The position numbers and the translations under genes are program-made. The notes under the pieces are model-generated. The model worked only from the letters and a program-made list of their open reading frames with translations. It did not search any database and was not told where the DNA came from. Positions 19,642 through 28,007 of a stretch of 64,000 nt of DNA are shown here, piece after piece. Every line of letters starts with the position of its first letter. Position 1 is the stretch's first letter. This DNA comes from a virus: the IMG/VR virus record IMGVR_UViG_3300042340_000194, positions 11,602 to 75,601 of that record, one strand, 5' to 3'.

Positions 19642-20532
19642 CTATCGCAGCCGATTTCCCACACGTCTTGTCAGGCGGGGCGCATTACCTAAGTACCTAT
19701 CCCAGAACTTGTTGTAGGCTTGCTGTGTGGGAGCGTTTTTAGTAAGCCCGGTCTCCTTGATCAGATCAGAGAATTTCCTATGTTCTATAGGATCTAGTTT
19801 ATTCAGCATGTAGTTAATGTGGTCCATATCATTGCGTAGACCTGAAGTAGGCATGAATTTGATCGGCTTGGCGTAGCCCCAGTCGATCAATTTAACATCG
19901 CCATCCTTGACCATAACATTACCCAGGTGCATGTCTCCATGTGCGTACCCGGCCTTATGCAGCTTCGACATCTCTAAGACAAACTGCTTCGCGTAGCGGG
20001 CCTTCTCCTGCTTGGTTCCGCTTTCTACGATTTTGGTTAAGTTCTTGTACCCGTCCATGTACTCGATTTGAGTTATAGATCGCGCCGAATCGACAGCTAG
20101 GACATTCGGAGTGTTGATGCCCTTATCGTGTAGTTTGGCCTGCAGCGTGACTTCACGCAGGAACTGTCGCCGCCCGACAAGGGTTTTCTTGAAGTTTGTC
20201 TTGAAGACTGATTTACGATCCGGGGAGACGTGAATGGCCCCGGCATAACCTTTGGCTAGGAACTTACTACCTTTGGGGAGATTTTGCGGAGTTGATAATG
20301 CAATAGCTTCCTTGAAGGCACGTTCAATTGCAGGAGTCCATCTTCTCCTGTTGAGCACTCCTACAAGAACGACTCCTGTAGCTACGGCTGCGGTGGTTGT
20401 TCTCGGGGTTATGATACCTCCTGAGCTGCTTGCAGGGGCTACGCTTTTTCCACACTTCTTGTTCGCTGCAATGCCGGATTTCCCGCACTTCTTATCCAGG
20501 CGCAGCCGCGCTGCGGTCAGTTGCAATTCCAT
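19642..20532 (-). CDS. second protein-kinase-like effector (RIO/Bud32-like) with RxD-Cys motif and hydrophobic helix
   Basis: AKGYAG loop, VFK, REV, EYMDG, HGDMHLGNVM, LIDWG. Confidence 0.85.
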   Translation of the reverse strand: MELQLTAARLRLDKKCGKSGIAANKKCGKSVAPASSSGGIITPRTTTAAVATGVVLVGVLNRRRWTPAIERAFKEAIALSTPQNLPKGSKFLAKGYAGAIHVSPDRKSVFKTNFKKTLVGRRQFLREVTLQAKLHDKGINTPNVLAVDSARSITQIEYMDGYKNLTKIVESGTKQEKARYAKQFVLEMSKLHKAGYAHGDMHLGNVMVKDGDVKLIDWGYAKPIKFMPTSGLRNDMDHINYMLNKLDPIEHRKFSDLIKETGLTKNAPTQQAYNKFWDRYLGNAPRLTRRVGNRLR

Positions 20533-20843
20533 TTCCGTAACGACTTATTGATCCGTGAATCCTGGTTATTAGCGGTTTTCGCGCTGGTTAGCTTACGCTT
20601 CATTCCCGACATGCGGGCACAGAACCTCCGTCGTCTTTCTGCTCTCGCTGATCCGGGTTTGAGCTTGGAGGGGTCGGTCGTTACCGCGAGGGAGAGCTTC
20701 GAGCCTGGATGTTGCTTGCGGTAGGAGGCGATGCCTGCGGCGTTAAGGCCGCCCTCGGGGTTTTTGCCTTCCTTGCGCTGCCAAGCGGGGGATTTGTCAA
20801 GGCGGATGGTTAGAGGTGTGAGTAGTCCCACCTCAGTTACCAC
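20517..20843 (-). CDS. conserved basic phage protein (DUF6321-like)
   Basis: AWQRKEGKNPEGGLN..RRRFCARMSG..SLRKWNC recalled from cyanophage proteins; preceded by RLD. Confidence 0.6.
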   Translation of the reverse strand: MVTEVGLLTPLTIRLDKSPAWQRKEGKNPEGGLNAAGIASYRKQHPGSKLSLAVTTDPSKLKPGSARAERRRRFCARMSGMKRKLTSAKTANNQDSRINKSLRKWNCN

Positions 20844-21669
20844 TAAAGAGCCTGCGCTTCTGCCTAATCAGCCCGATTTGGGTTTTACGCGCAGCGCGGC
20901 GTGTTGAAGCAACCCCAGCTTGGGCTTTAGCCATTGTTGTAGATACTGCAGCTTTTGTCGCCTTCCGTACTCTCGCTTTAGATGGAGGTATAGCGCCTTG
21001 AGACAACATCCCCCGAGCTTGTTTGTTATTCATAGACCGTGCCATACTGGCTTGTGAGTTGCTAACTTGATTTGTCCATGGGTCTGGAATGCCACCAGCG
21101 GAATTGGTAGGGCGAGGATTGGACATGCGGCTAGTCACACGTAAGTTTTTCGCAACTCTTAGGTTAGACATAGCATTTTTCTGCATTCCTCGATATTTCA
21201 TAGCACCCACTGTACCTGCAGCAATACTACCAGCAACGGCGGCTACTTTAAGGCCGGTCTGGACGTTTTCATTACCAAGGGAGGATTTTACAGTACCGAC
21301 TAAGCCTTTAGTACACTTTTTGCCTTCAGCAATGCCGGAAGCACCGCACTTCTTGTCCTCTCTTACACTCAACACACCACGGATATAATTCTTACTGTGT
21401 TTATTGATTCCAAGTTCACAAGCATCAAGATATTCCATAGGAGTAAGTACAGCGTCCATTGCTGCTTTAGCTGCGCAGCCACAAGAGCCACTCTTCTTAC
21501 CCTTCTTCATGCAAGCGGCACAAGGCTTCTTACCTTTCCCGTGGGGGGCATCACCGTACTCGGGGGACTCTCCCTCCTCCATCTTCGAAGACTCCATTCC
21601 TTTCCCCGCAGCGCTGCCCTCGGCGGCCTTTTTACGACCCTTTTTAAGGAATGCTGCGGGGATCGGCAT
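20833..21669 (-). CDS. basic protein with internal RxD-Cys motif and hydrophobic helix
   Basis: REDKKCGASGIAEGKKC followed by VAAVAGSIAAGTVGA; K/R-rich tail. Confidence 0.7.
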   Translation of the reverse strand: MPIPAAFLKKGRKKAAEGSAAGKGMESSKMEEGESPEYGDAPHGKGKKPCAACMKKGKKSGSCGCAAKAAMDAVLTPMEYLDACELGINKHSKNYIRGVLSVREDKKCGASGIAEGKKCTKGLVGTVKSSLGNENVQTGLKVAAVAGSIAAGTVGAMKYRGMQKNAMSNLRVAKNLRVTSRMSNPRPTNSAGGIPDPWTNQVSNSQASMARSMNNKQARGMLSQGAIPPSKARVRKATKAAVSTTMAKAQAGVASTRRAARKTQIGLIRQKRRLFSGN

Positions 21670-21701
21670 GGCCTGGGTAGATAGGGATTCTCCCCCTCAG
21701 G

Positions 21702-22280
21702 TTACCGTTGAGGCACAGCCGGCAAGATTCTATGCACCCAGGCCCTCTTTAGGTTGTAATCAGGTCGGCGATCGTACCATTGAGCAGCGTCCCAAACACT
21801 CACGCTGGGCATGCACGCAGCATAGATGGTTTTATCGGAATAAAACCCGTCGTAGAATGTGGACTTGGGGTTGTTATAGGTCCAGCTAGGGCCGTCGAAC
21901 TCCGACCAAGGATCTTTGACATTGAAGGCATAAGTGGCGTCCGCTTTCAGTTTCACACCATCGAGAGCAATAACATGCCCAGATCCGGTGAAATAGCCGT
22001 GAGTGATGAGAAACTCACCAGCTTTTAGATAACCAACAATGTCATTGAGCGAAGCGGTGTTGTTGTAGATATACCGGTCACCGATATAACCACGAATTAC
22101 TTTGCCCATGTTGGTAGTATCCCCCGCCGCACCAGGCAGGCGGTTCAATTTACGACGAACACCTAGCACGTCTTTATCACCTACCGCCATCGCAATGCAG
22201 GCGGACTGACATGTAGAAGCGTCAGGCTGGGAGAGGTTGAGTGCGTGGACTGTTGTTTTCCACTCTTGACTGATGATCAT
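21702..22280 (-). CDS. C39-like cysteine peptidase, candidate endolysin
   Basis: Q..TCQSACIAM, GHVIAL and KDPW (Cys-His-Asp); next to a two-helix membrane protein. Confidence 0.65.
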   Translation of the reverse strand: MIISQEWKTTVHALNLSQPDASTCQSACIAMAVGDKDVLGVRRKLNRLPGAAGDTTNMGKVIRGYIGDRYIYNNTASLNDIVGYLKAGEFLITHGYFTGSGHVIALDGVKLKADATYAFNVKDPWSEFDGPSWTYNNPKSTFYDGFYSDKTIYAACMPSVSVWDAAQWYDRRPDYNLKRAWVHRILPAVPQR

Positions 22281-22328
22281 GACGATAATTAAGGATAAAG
22301 AGAGAAAAAGGGAGAGGTGGATGTGTGA

Positions 22329-22580
22329 TTAAGTGACCTCGTCCTCCTCACGAGGTTTGCGAAGAGCTGGGTTATATGTATTAAAACCATTCACGAAGCC
22401 AGCCTTCTCAGCCATACTTTTCATAAAAGGAACTCCCATAATAGAGCCACTGACAATCCAACAGCTAGGCCACCCACCAGGCAGGGTGGGGGAATGTTCG
22501 CAACGGATTAGAAAACCTACGCCGAATATAACTGTGGCTACGACAGGAACAGTCAACACCTTTGGCCAGCGTATTTGCAT
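22329..22580 (-). CDS. small membrane protein, candidate holin
   Basis: Two hydrophobic segments and charged C-terminus; likely start MQIRWPK. Confidence 0.45.
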   Translation of the reverse strand: MQIRWPKVLTVPVVATVIFGVGFLIRCEHSPTLPGGWPSCWIVSGSIMGVPFMKSMAEKAGFVNGFNTYNPALRKPREEDEVT

Positions 22581-22599
22581 TTTGATTGGGTGTGGCACT

Positions 22600-25500
22600 T
22601 TAGTTAGAGGAAGTGGCGGGCTCGGGGGGAACTGTCTTAGCTCCGGTGGCATTCTGCTGTACTTCAGCTCGCAGGGATTTACTACTACGCTTTACCTTGT
22701 TAGGATCGTAACCTCCGTACCATACATCAATCATACGATCTTCAATTTCTGAGCGTAGTTGAAGTAGTGCTTGCTGCTTATTTGTGCTAAGAGCTTTGAT
22801 ATACCGACTTTTAACATCTCTACTTTTATTACCAAATAAAACTTGTAGATCACCCTCTATTGGTTTATCGCTGGCTATACGCCATACCATTTCATTAGTC
22901 AACTCCTTTGAGCGGGCACGGTCCACTGTTAAATAACTGTGTGCCTCTTTCTGTAACTGCTTATCTAATAAATAACTATCACCAGCCTTAAAGTATTTTC
23001 TCCAGTTAGCCCCAAACTCTGGGTTATTAGGATCAATTTTTTCGCTAAGTCCATGAGGAATATTATTATTCTGTAACATGCGCACCGGACTGCTAGCGAA
23101 CGCACGTTTACCCATAGTTGCGTAAAACACATCTCCTTTGCTGACCCATGTTCGCATATTCTCATCTGTATGATTAAACACCCCGAAAGTGGGGCCTGCT
23201 ACATTAACAACTTTGACATCTCTATAACCCATTTCGGCTAGAATAGCTAATGTTTCCGACGCCACATTTCCCCCATTGCTGTAGGCTAGCATGTGGACAG
23301 GCTTGCCGGTTAACCGCCGTTGTGCTGCGACAAAAGCTGCTGCACGTACTGCATCAGGATTAAACCCACGAGTTTCTATATTACCTCGCAAATAATCCAT
23401 CTGCTTAAACGCATTCTTCATCTCTATACCCATAGTAACCGGCTTCTGAGCTACTTTAGGGAGCATACCTATGCGGGCTTTCCGCGTCTTCATGTCTAGA
23501 TCGTCGGCACCTTGCTTAATAGGTTGGGAGATTTTGTTAGCAAAAGGGAGTATATCATGCTCGCCCCAGATCTCCCGAAAAGCTCCACCTTCAGCCATCA
23601 AATGACTACCTTGACCACGCTTAGTAAAAGTACCATCGTCTGCATAAGAAAGCATGACCACTGCGCCTTTGCTATTCTGTGTTTGCCCGTAAAATGCTGG
23701 GGTATTGTCCATACCACTAAACCCAGTATCATATCCTTTATCTTTGAAGTTGTAAGTAGATGCTTCAAACGGAGTAACGTCTTTGACATCCTTACCTAAA
23801 CGCTTCGCCGCTTTTTCGTTAAACTCGCGCACCATATCCTTAGCCATAGCCTCGGCGTCTATAGCAGATCTGGACACATTTCTCCTATAGGCGAATACCT
23901 GCTGAGATTTCACCCCGAGTGCGAGCCCTACGGCTGTGGCAGCCACTGCTCCAGCACCGATAGCCACATTACGGAGAGTATTGTCCTTATCTTTTGGGAT
24001 TGCTGCAGATTGCCCACCTCCGCCAGAAGCGGCTTGAGCGGCCAATGTTTTCTTAGAGCAGTTCCTATTATCAGGAATACCGGATTTACCGCAGCGCTTG
24101 TCCTGCCTAATAGTCGCAGCGAAAGCCTGGAAATAAGCATCACCGCGCTCGGGGGGCTTTCTTGCTTCCATGCGGCGGCGCTGGATTACTACGCGGGCAG
24201 CCGCCTCCGCTGACTTCTGGTTTTTATATAAAGGCTTGCCATTAGGCAATGTCCTATCCATTAGGGCTTTAAGCACGTCTAGATAAGACTGCTGCTCCTC
24301 TACATTAGTAAATTTGAAACTCTCCCTAGCCCGTCGAGGACGGTTCATCGGAGGTATCGGCGGAATAGCTCTACCGGTACGTGTGTTTAGCTCATTAGGG
24401 GGTCTTATTTGAAGCCCTTCGAATGCACCGGTCCCCCTGAGTATTGTCAAAGCTTCGGAAGGGTCTTTGATCGGCCTACCTGCGTGCTCTGAGGCAGCCT
24501 TTTGGATAGTCAGGCTCGGGGCAGACCATATCGTATTGACACTGGCGGGAAAGCCATTAGTTTGGAAATAATGCTGGTTAACTAGATCCGCAGAGTATGG
24601 GCCTTTAACCGCCTGCCTACCTGCTGTAGGGTAGAGCCGCGTAGCAAAGAACTCCGCATGCCCCTGCATCGCGTTCTGCATTACTGGGTATTGGTCTAGA
24701 GGTACGGATTTCCTTAAGCCTGTTGGCCCATAGACTTTAGGTAAAGAGTTAATAATAGACTCGTAGAAAGTATCATAGCTTGAGATTGTCTTACCATAGA
24801 TAGTTCTTGCTGTGCCAATTGCTCGGAAATTGGGGTGCAGCGTACCTAGGAGCTGGCTACGGGCTTGTTCTCTGGCTGCTGGGGTTAGCTGTTGAGCATC
24901 GAGCAGCGTGTTAGCTAAGCTATGGCGATCTTCTAATTTACCTAGGTTAAAGCCCCGGTCTTTCGCGTAATTAGTCAACGTTTTATGCTCAGCATCCAAT
25001 TGATCTGCGATCTGCTGCACCAGCTTCACGCCTGACACTTCAGCCCCGCCAGTCACCTTGTAATGAGTTCTGAGGAAATCCTCCCCCGAGAGCGTCGCGA
25101 ATTGATAACCGTCACCGACTCTATAGATTTGCTGCTCTTTCAAGCGTGGCGTGCTCCACATCGCTTTGTATGAGGCTTTATGCCACTCACCAAAGTCTGT
25201 GTAGGCGCTAGGACTTACATTTTTAACCCGCTGGCCGACAGCCGAAAATGGGGAATAGTCTAAAGGACTGGTTTTAAGAATATCAGAAGTATCGGGTAAT
25301 CCGTAGTTTCTACCAGCTACTGCTCCTACGCCATTGCGACGGCGCACTAATTCAGCGACAGCATTACGAGCTTCAGTTTTGGTACGCGCACGCGCCGGAT
25401 GTAGATCTAGCACCGAATGCAGTGCATTACTTACACTGTCATCAATGTTTTTACCAATACCTTCCCTGTAGCTGCGGATATTGCTTAAGATGCCGTGGGC

Positions 25501-25914
25501 ACGAACTCCTCCCCCGAGTACGGCAAGAGCTACACCGATGCCTATAGACCCTTGAACTAGAGCAGCTTGTAGTTCTTTTTTCTTCTTAAGATCTTGAGGG
25601 GATGCTTTAACAGCACCGCGAATGACGGCTTTTCTACCGCCTTCTAATTCTGAGAAGTTACCAGTAGTTATGCCTTTTCTAAGGCGACCGAGCCCTCTTT
25701 GTGTGCTGGCGAGTGCAGCTAATGGATCACTACCTCTTCCCGCAGCTTTTAAATGTCCATCACCGCCTTCCCCCTTTAGCCGGCAATCCCATTCAGGAGG
25801 AATGCAGCGAGATCCACAACGCCGATTAGGCGGCTTACACGCAATGGTGTTTCGAGTCTTAGCGTCGATCCTCGATTGAGTAATCAGGAAAGTAGCCGTA
25901 CGAATGTTGGTCAT
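22600..25914 (-). CDS. 1104 aa putative polyprotein: two Cys-motif/helix units and a C-terminal alpha/beta hydrolase
   Basis: N-terminal RID..CKPPNRRCGSRCIPPEWDC; internal RQDKRCGKSGIPDNRNC; VHMLAYSNGG nucleophile elbow; occupies the usual MuF position after portal. Confidence 0.75.
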   Translation of the reverse strand: MTNIRTATFLITQSRIDAKTRNTIACKPPNRRCGSRCIPPEWDCRLKGEGGDGHLKAAGRGSDPLAALASTQRGLGRLRKGITTGNFSELEGGRKAVIRGAVKASPQDLKKKKELQAALVQGSIGIGVALAVLGGGVRAHGILSNIRSYREGIGKNIDDSVSNALHSVLDLHPARARTKTEARNAVAELVRRRNGVGAVAGRNYGLPDTSDILKTSPLDYSPFSAVGQRVKNVSPSAYTDFGEWHKASYKAMWSTPRLKEQQIYRVGDGYQFATLSGEDFLRTHYKVTGGAEVSGVKLVQQIADQLDAEHKTLTNYAKDRGFNLGKLEDRHSLANTLLDAQQLTPAAREQARSQLLGTLHPNFRAIGTARTIYGKTISSYDTFYESIINSLPKVYGPTGLRKSVPLDQYPVMQNAMQGHAEFFATRLYPTAGRQAVKGPYSADLVNQHYFQTNGFPASVNTIWSAPSLTIQKAASEHAGRPIKDPSEALTILRGTGAFEGLQIRPPNELNTRTGRAIPPIPPMNRPRRARESFKFTNVEEQQSYLDVLKALMDRTLPNGKPLYKNQKSAEAAARVVIQRRRMEARKPPERGDAYFQAFAATIRQDKRCGKSGIPDNRNCSKKTLAAQAASGGGGQSAAIPKDKDNTLRNVAIGAGAVAATAVGLALGVKSQQVFAYRRNVSRSAIDAEAMAKDMVREFNEKAAKRLGKDVKDVTPFEASTYNFKDKGYDTGFSGMDNTPAFYGQTQNSKGAVVMLSYADDGTFTKRGQGSHLMAEGGAFREIWGEHDILPFANKISQPIKQGADDLDMKTRKARIGMLPKVAQKPVTMGIEMKNAFKQMDYLRGNIETRGFNPDAVRAAAFVAAQRRLTGKPVHMLAYSNGGNVASETLAILAEMGYRDVKVVNVAGPTFGVFNHTDENMRTWVSKGDVFYATMGKRAFASSPVRMLQNNNIPHGLSEKIDPNNPEFGANWRKYFKAGDSYLLDKQLQKEAHSYLTVDRARSKELTNEMVWRIASDKPIEGDLQVLFGNKSRDVKSRYIKALSTNKQQALLQLRSEIEDRMIDVWYGGYDPNKVKRSSKSLRAEVQQNATGAKTVPPEPATSSN

Positions 25915-27776
25915 TTAACGTCCTCGGGGGCGGGCTTGAGCGTGAAGATCGTCTGCTCGGGTAGAAAAGCCGCTAAGCCTTTCCTAGCAGCCCGGAGCGA
26001 GGCATAGCCAGTAACCTGCGGGCCAGGGAGGATCGCCCCATCGAGCTTAATGGTGGAGTTGAGCAGGGCATAGCGCCGGGATCGGCTGGGCCCGAGCAAC
26101 ACCAGGCCGCCAATATCCGGGCCTGTTGCGTCGTTCCGGGTAGTGGTCCCCACCGGATAGCCCAGGCTGGCGCCGTCTTGATGCTTGATCACGTCGATGG
26201 TCAAGCCCAGAGCCTCGTAGCTGTCGGTCTTGGGCGCGGGCTTCGCCGGTTGAGACTCTTGAGACGCAGGTTGAGACTGGCCAGGGACCTCGCCGCCCTC
26301 GGGGGGAATCGGCTGGCCGTCTGGTCCTAAACCCTGCGCCTGGAATGCTTGTGCTTGTAACTGATTCATATTGTTCTCAAACATGCTATCCTCTTGCATT
26401 TGTAGCTGGGCAGATACGTTCTCGTCCAGCACAGTCTCAATACTGTATTCCGCTGAGCCGTAGCGATTATTTCTAATTTCTATAGGACTTAGCACTCTTA
26501 ATGCTGCATAAATATTGTCTATTTCAGCTCTGGACTTCTGTACAGCGAGCTTCTCCGTGGCGGTCTCAACGAACACCGAGGGGAACGAAATTTCCCACGA
26601 TTCTGGTGGGGTGCCCCGCATGGGACTGTCCTTGGCCCGCATGAAAAGCTCAAAAATATCGGAAATAGGGTCTTGGCAATAGACAGTCTGCCAGTCCTCT
26701 ACTAGAGAGGCCCATACTCGCTCTTCAAACCGCCCTTCTTTCCCGAGGCCGCCAGGACTGGTGCCCATTAGAATTGACGCAGGCCAACCAGTAGTAGCCT
26801 GCATGTACTCAGCAAAAGGTGCGGTGGCTTGCGCCATGTTACTGAGGGATCTTTCAGCAAAGCCTATCTCTTCATTCGCGTCTATTAAGAATCCTCCATA
26901 GGAGGATCTAGACATGTTGTTTATTTCCATGCGTTTCATCACCTGATTAGCGTTACCGGCTCTCACCATCTCCATTAACCCTGGCACTTTATGCCAAAAC
27001 AAAGAAGAGTCTGTAACACTAGAAGATAATCCTCTAATGGACGTTTCATACAGTTTCCATGAATCCCATACTACTTGTAATGGTGCTTGGCCCCAGCCTT
27101 GTTGTTGTTGGCGCTGTCGCCAGGGTAGGTACAGTCCATCAAAGCGGCTAACTCTAGTGTGATGGATACGCATATTTGTTACAGGGCTTTTCTGGTTCTC
27201 GTCTAATTTTTGATTAGTAGTAATTCTGTACATCTCGGGTTTGGAGTAGTCCATAACGGACACGTCCATGGGAAATATTTCGTGGCGTGATAACGCACAC
27301 AGCCCACGAATACCACGAATGCGGTCGTAGTTTACAGGTGTTTCCGGGTCTTCGTTGCCATCATCAACTAGAGCGACAATGACCGATCCGCCGTAGAGGC
27401 GTTGAAGGCGGACAGCTTCGGCATACACCCGGTGGAATTTCAACTGTTTAAGGTAGGCTTCAAAATCTGTGATCTGGTCAATCTCTTGGGAAGCTTTCCG
27501 GCCTCCTAGTTTAATTGTGACACGATGTTTGAGAACTTCATCGGCAATAGAATCGACAAAACGCCGGGGTAGTCCTACGGAGTAAAGAGCTTCGAGTTCT
27601 GGATGAGAGAGTAGATAGCTAGTCCGTATGCTTGTTGATTGGCTTCGGTCTTTACCTGCTATTCCCATGCCTGTAAAGGCATTGACTAAAGCTCCATCTG
27701 TACGCATGCCATCAGCATCGCTACGATTGCCGATAGCGACGGAATTATCGGGAGCTTCGGGAGATACTGATTTCAA
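25911..27776 (-). CDS. portal protein (DUF1073 type) with C-terminal extension
   Basis: RLYGGS, IHHTRV, LMGTSPGGL, WEISFPS motifs; follows terminase. Confidence 0.9.
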   Translation of the reverse strand: MKSVSPEAPDNSVAIGNRSDADGMRTDGALVNAFTGMGIAGKDRSQSTSIRTSYLLSHPELEALYSVGLPRRFVDSIADEVLKHRVTIKLGGRKASQEIDQITDFEAYLKQLKFHRVYAEAVRLQRLYGGSVIVALVDDGNEDPETPVNYDRIRGIRGLCALSRHEIFPMDVSVMDYSKPEMYRITTNQKLDENQKSPVTNMRIHHTRVSRFDGLYLPWRQRQQQQGWGQAPLQVVWDSWKLYETSIRGLSSSVTDSSLFWHKVPGLMEMVRAGNANQVMKRMEINNMSRSSYGGFLIDANEEIGFAERSLSNMAQATAPFAEYMQATTGWPASILMGTSPGGLGKEGRFEERVWASLVEDWQTVYCQDPISDIFELFMRAKDSPMRGTPPESWEISFPSVFVETATEKLAVQKSRAEIDNIYAALRVLSPIEIRNNRYGSAEYSIETVLDENVSAQLQMQEDSMFENNMNQLQAQAFQAQGLGPDGQPIPPEGGEVPGQSQPASQESQPAKPAPKTDSYEALGLTIDVIKHQDGASLGYPVGTTTRNDATGPDIGGLVLLGPSRSRRYALLNSTIKLDGAILPGPQVTGYASLRAARKGLAAFLPEQTIFTLKPAPEDVK

Positions 27777-27822
27777 GCGCGGTCCTGCCTGCTTTCAGTG
27801 TAGCGACGGCCTCGGGGGGCGA

Positions 27823-27975
27823 CAAGAGATGAGGGTCTTTTCATAGAGATGGAGGTTTTTTAATAGAGATGAGGGGTGGTTTTTCATAGAGATGGAGCTT
27901 TTTTCATAGAGTCCAGGGGTTTTTAAGAGAGTTGGGGGTATTTTCATAGAGTCCAGGGTTTTTTAAGAAATCCAG
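27823..27975. repeat. about 8 tandem degenerate ~20 bp repeats (A[T/G]AGAG-n-GG-n-TTTT[T/C])
   Basis: Visible directly in the terminase-portal intergenic region. Confidence 0.9.
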
Positions 27976-28007
27976 CAATATATGTACATTTTTCGCGTAG
28001 CACGCGC

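Noticed and set aside
27823-27975. CRISPR array
   Set aside because: Units are contiguous and degenerate, with no unique spacers and no cas genes nearby.
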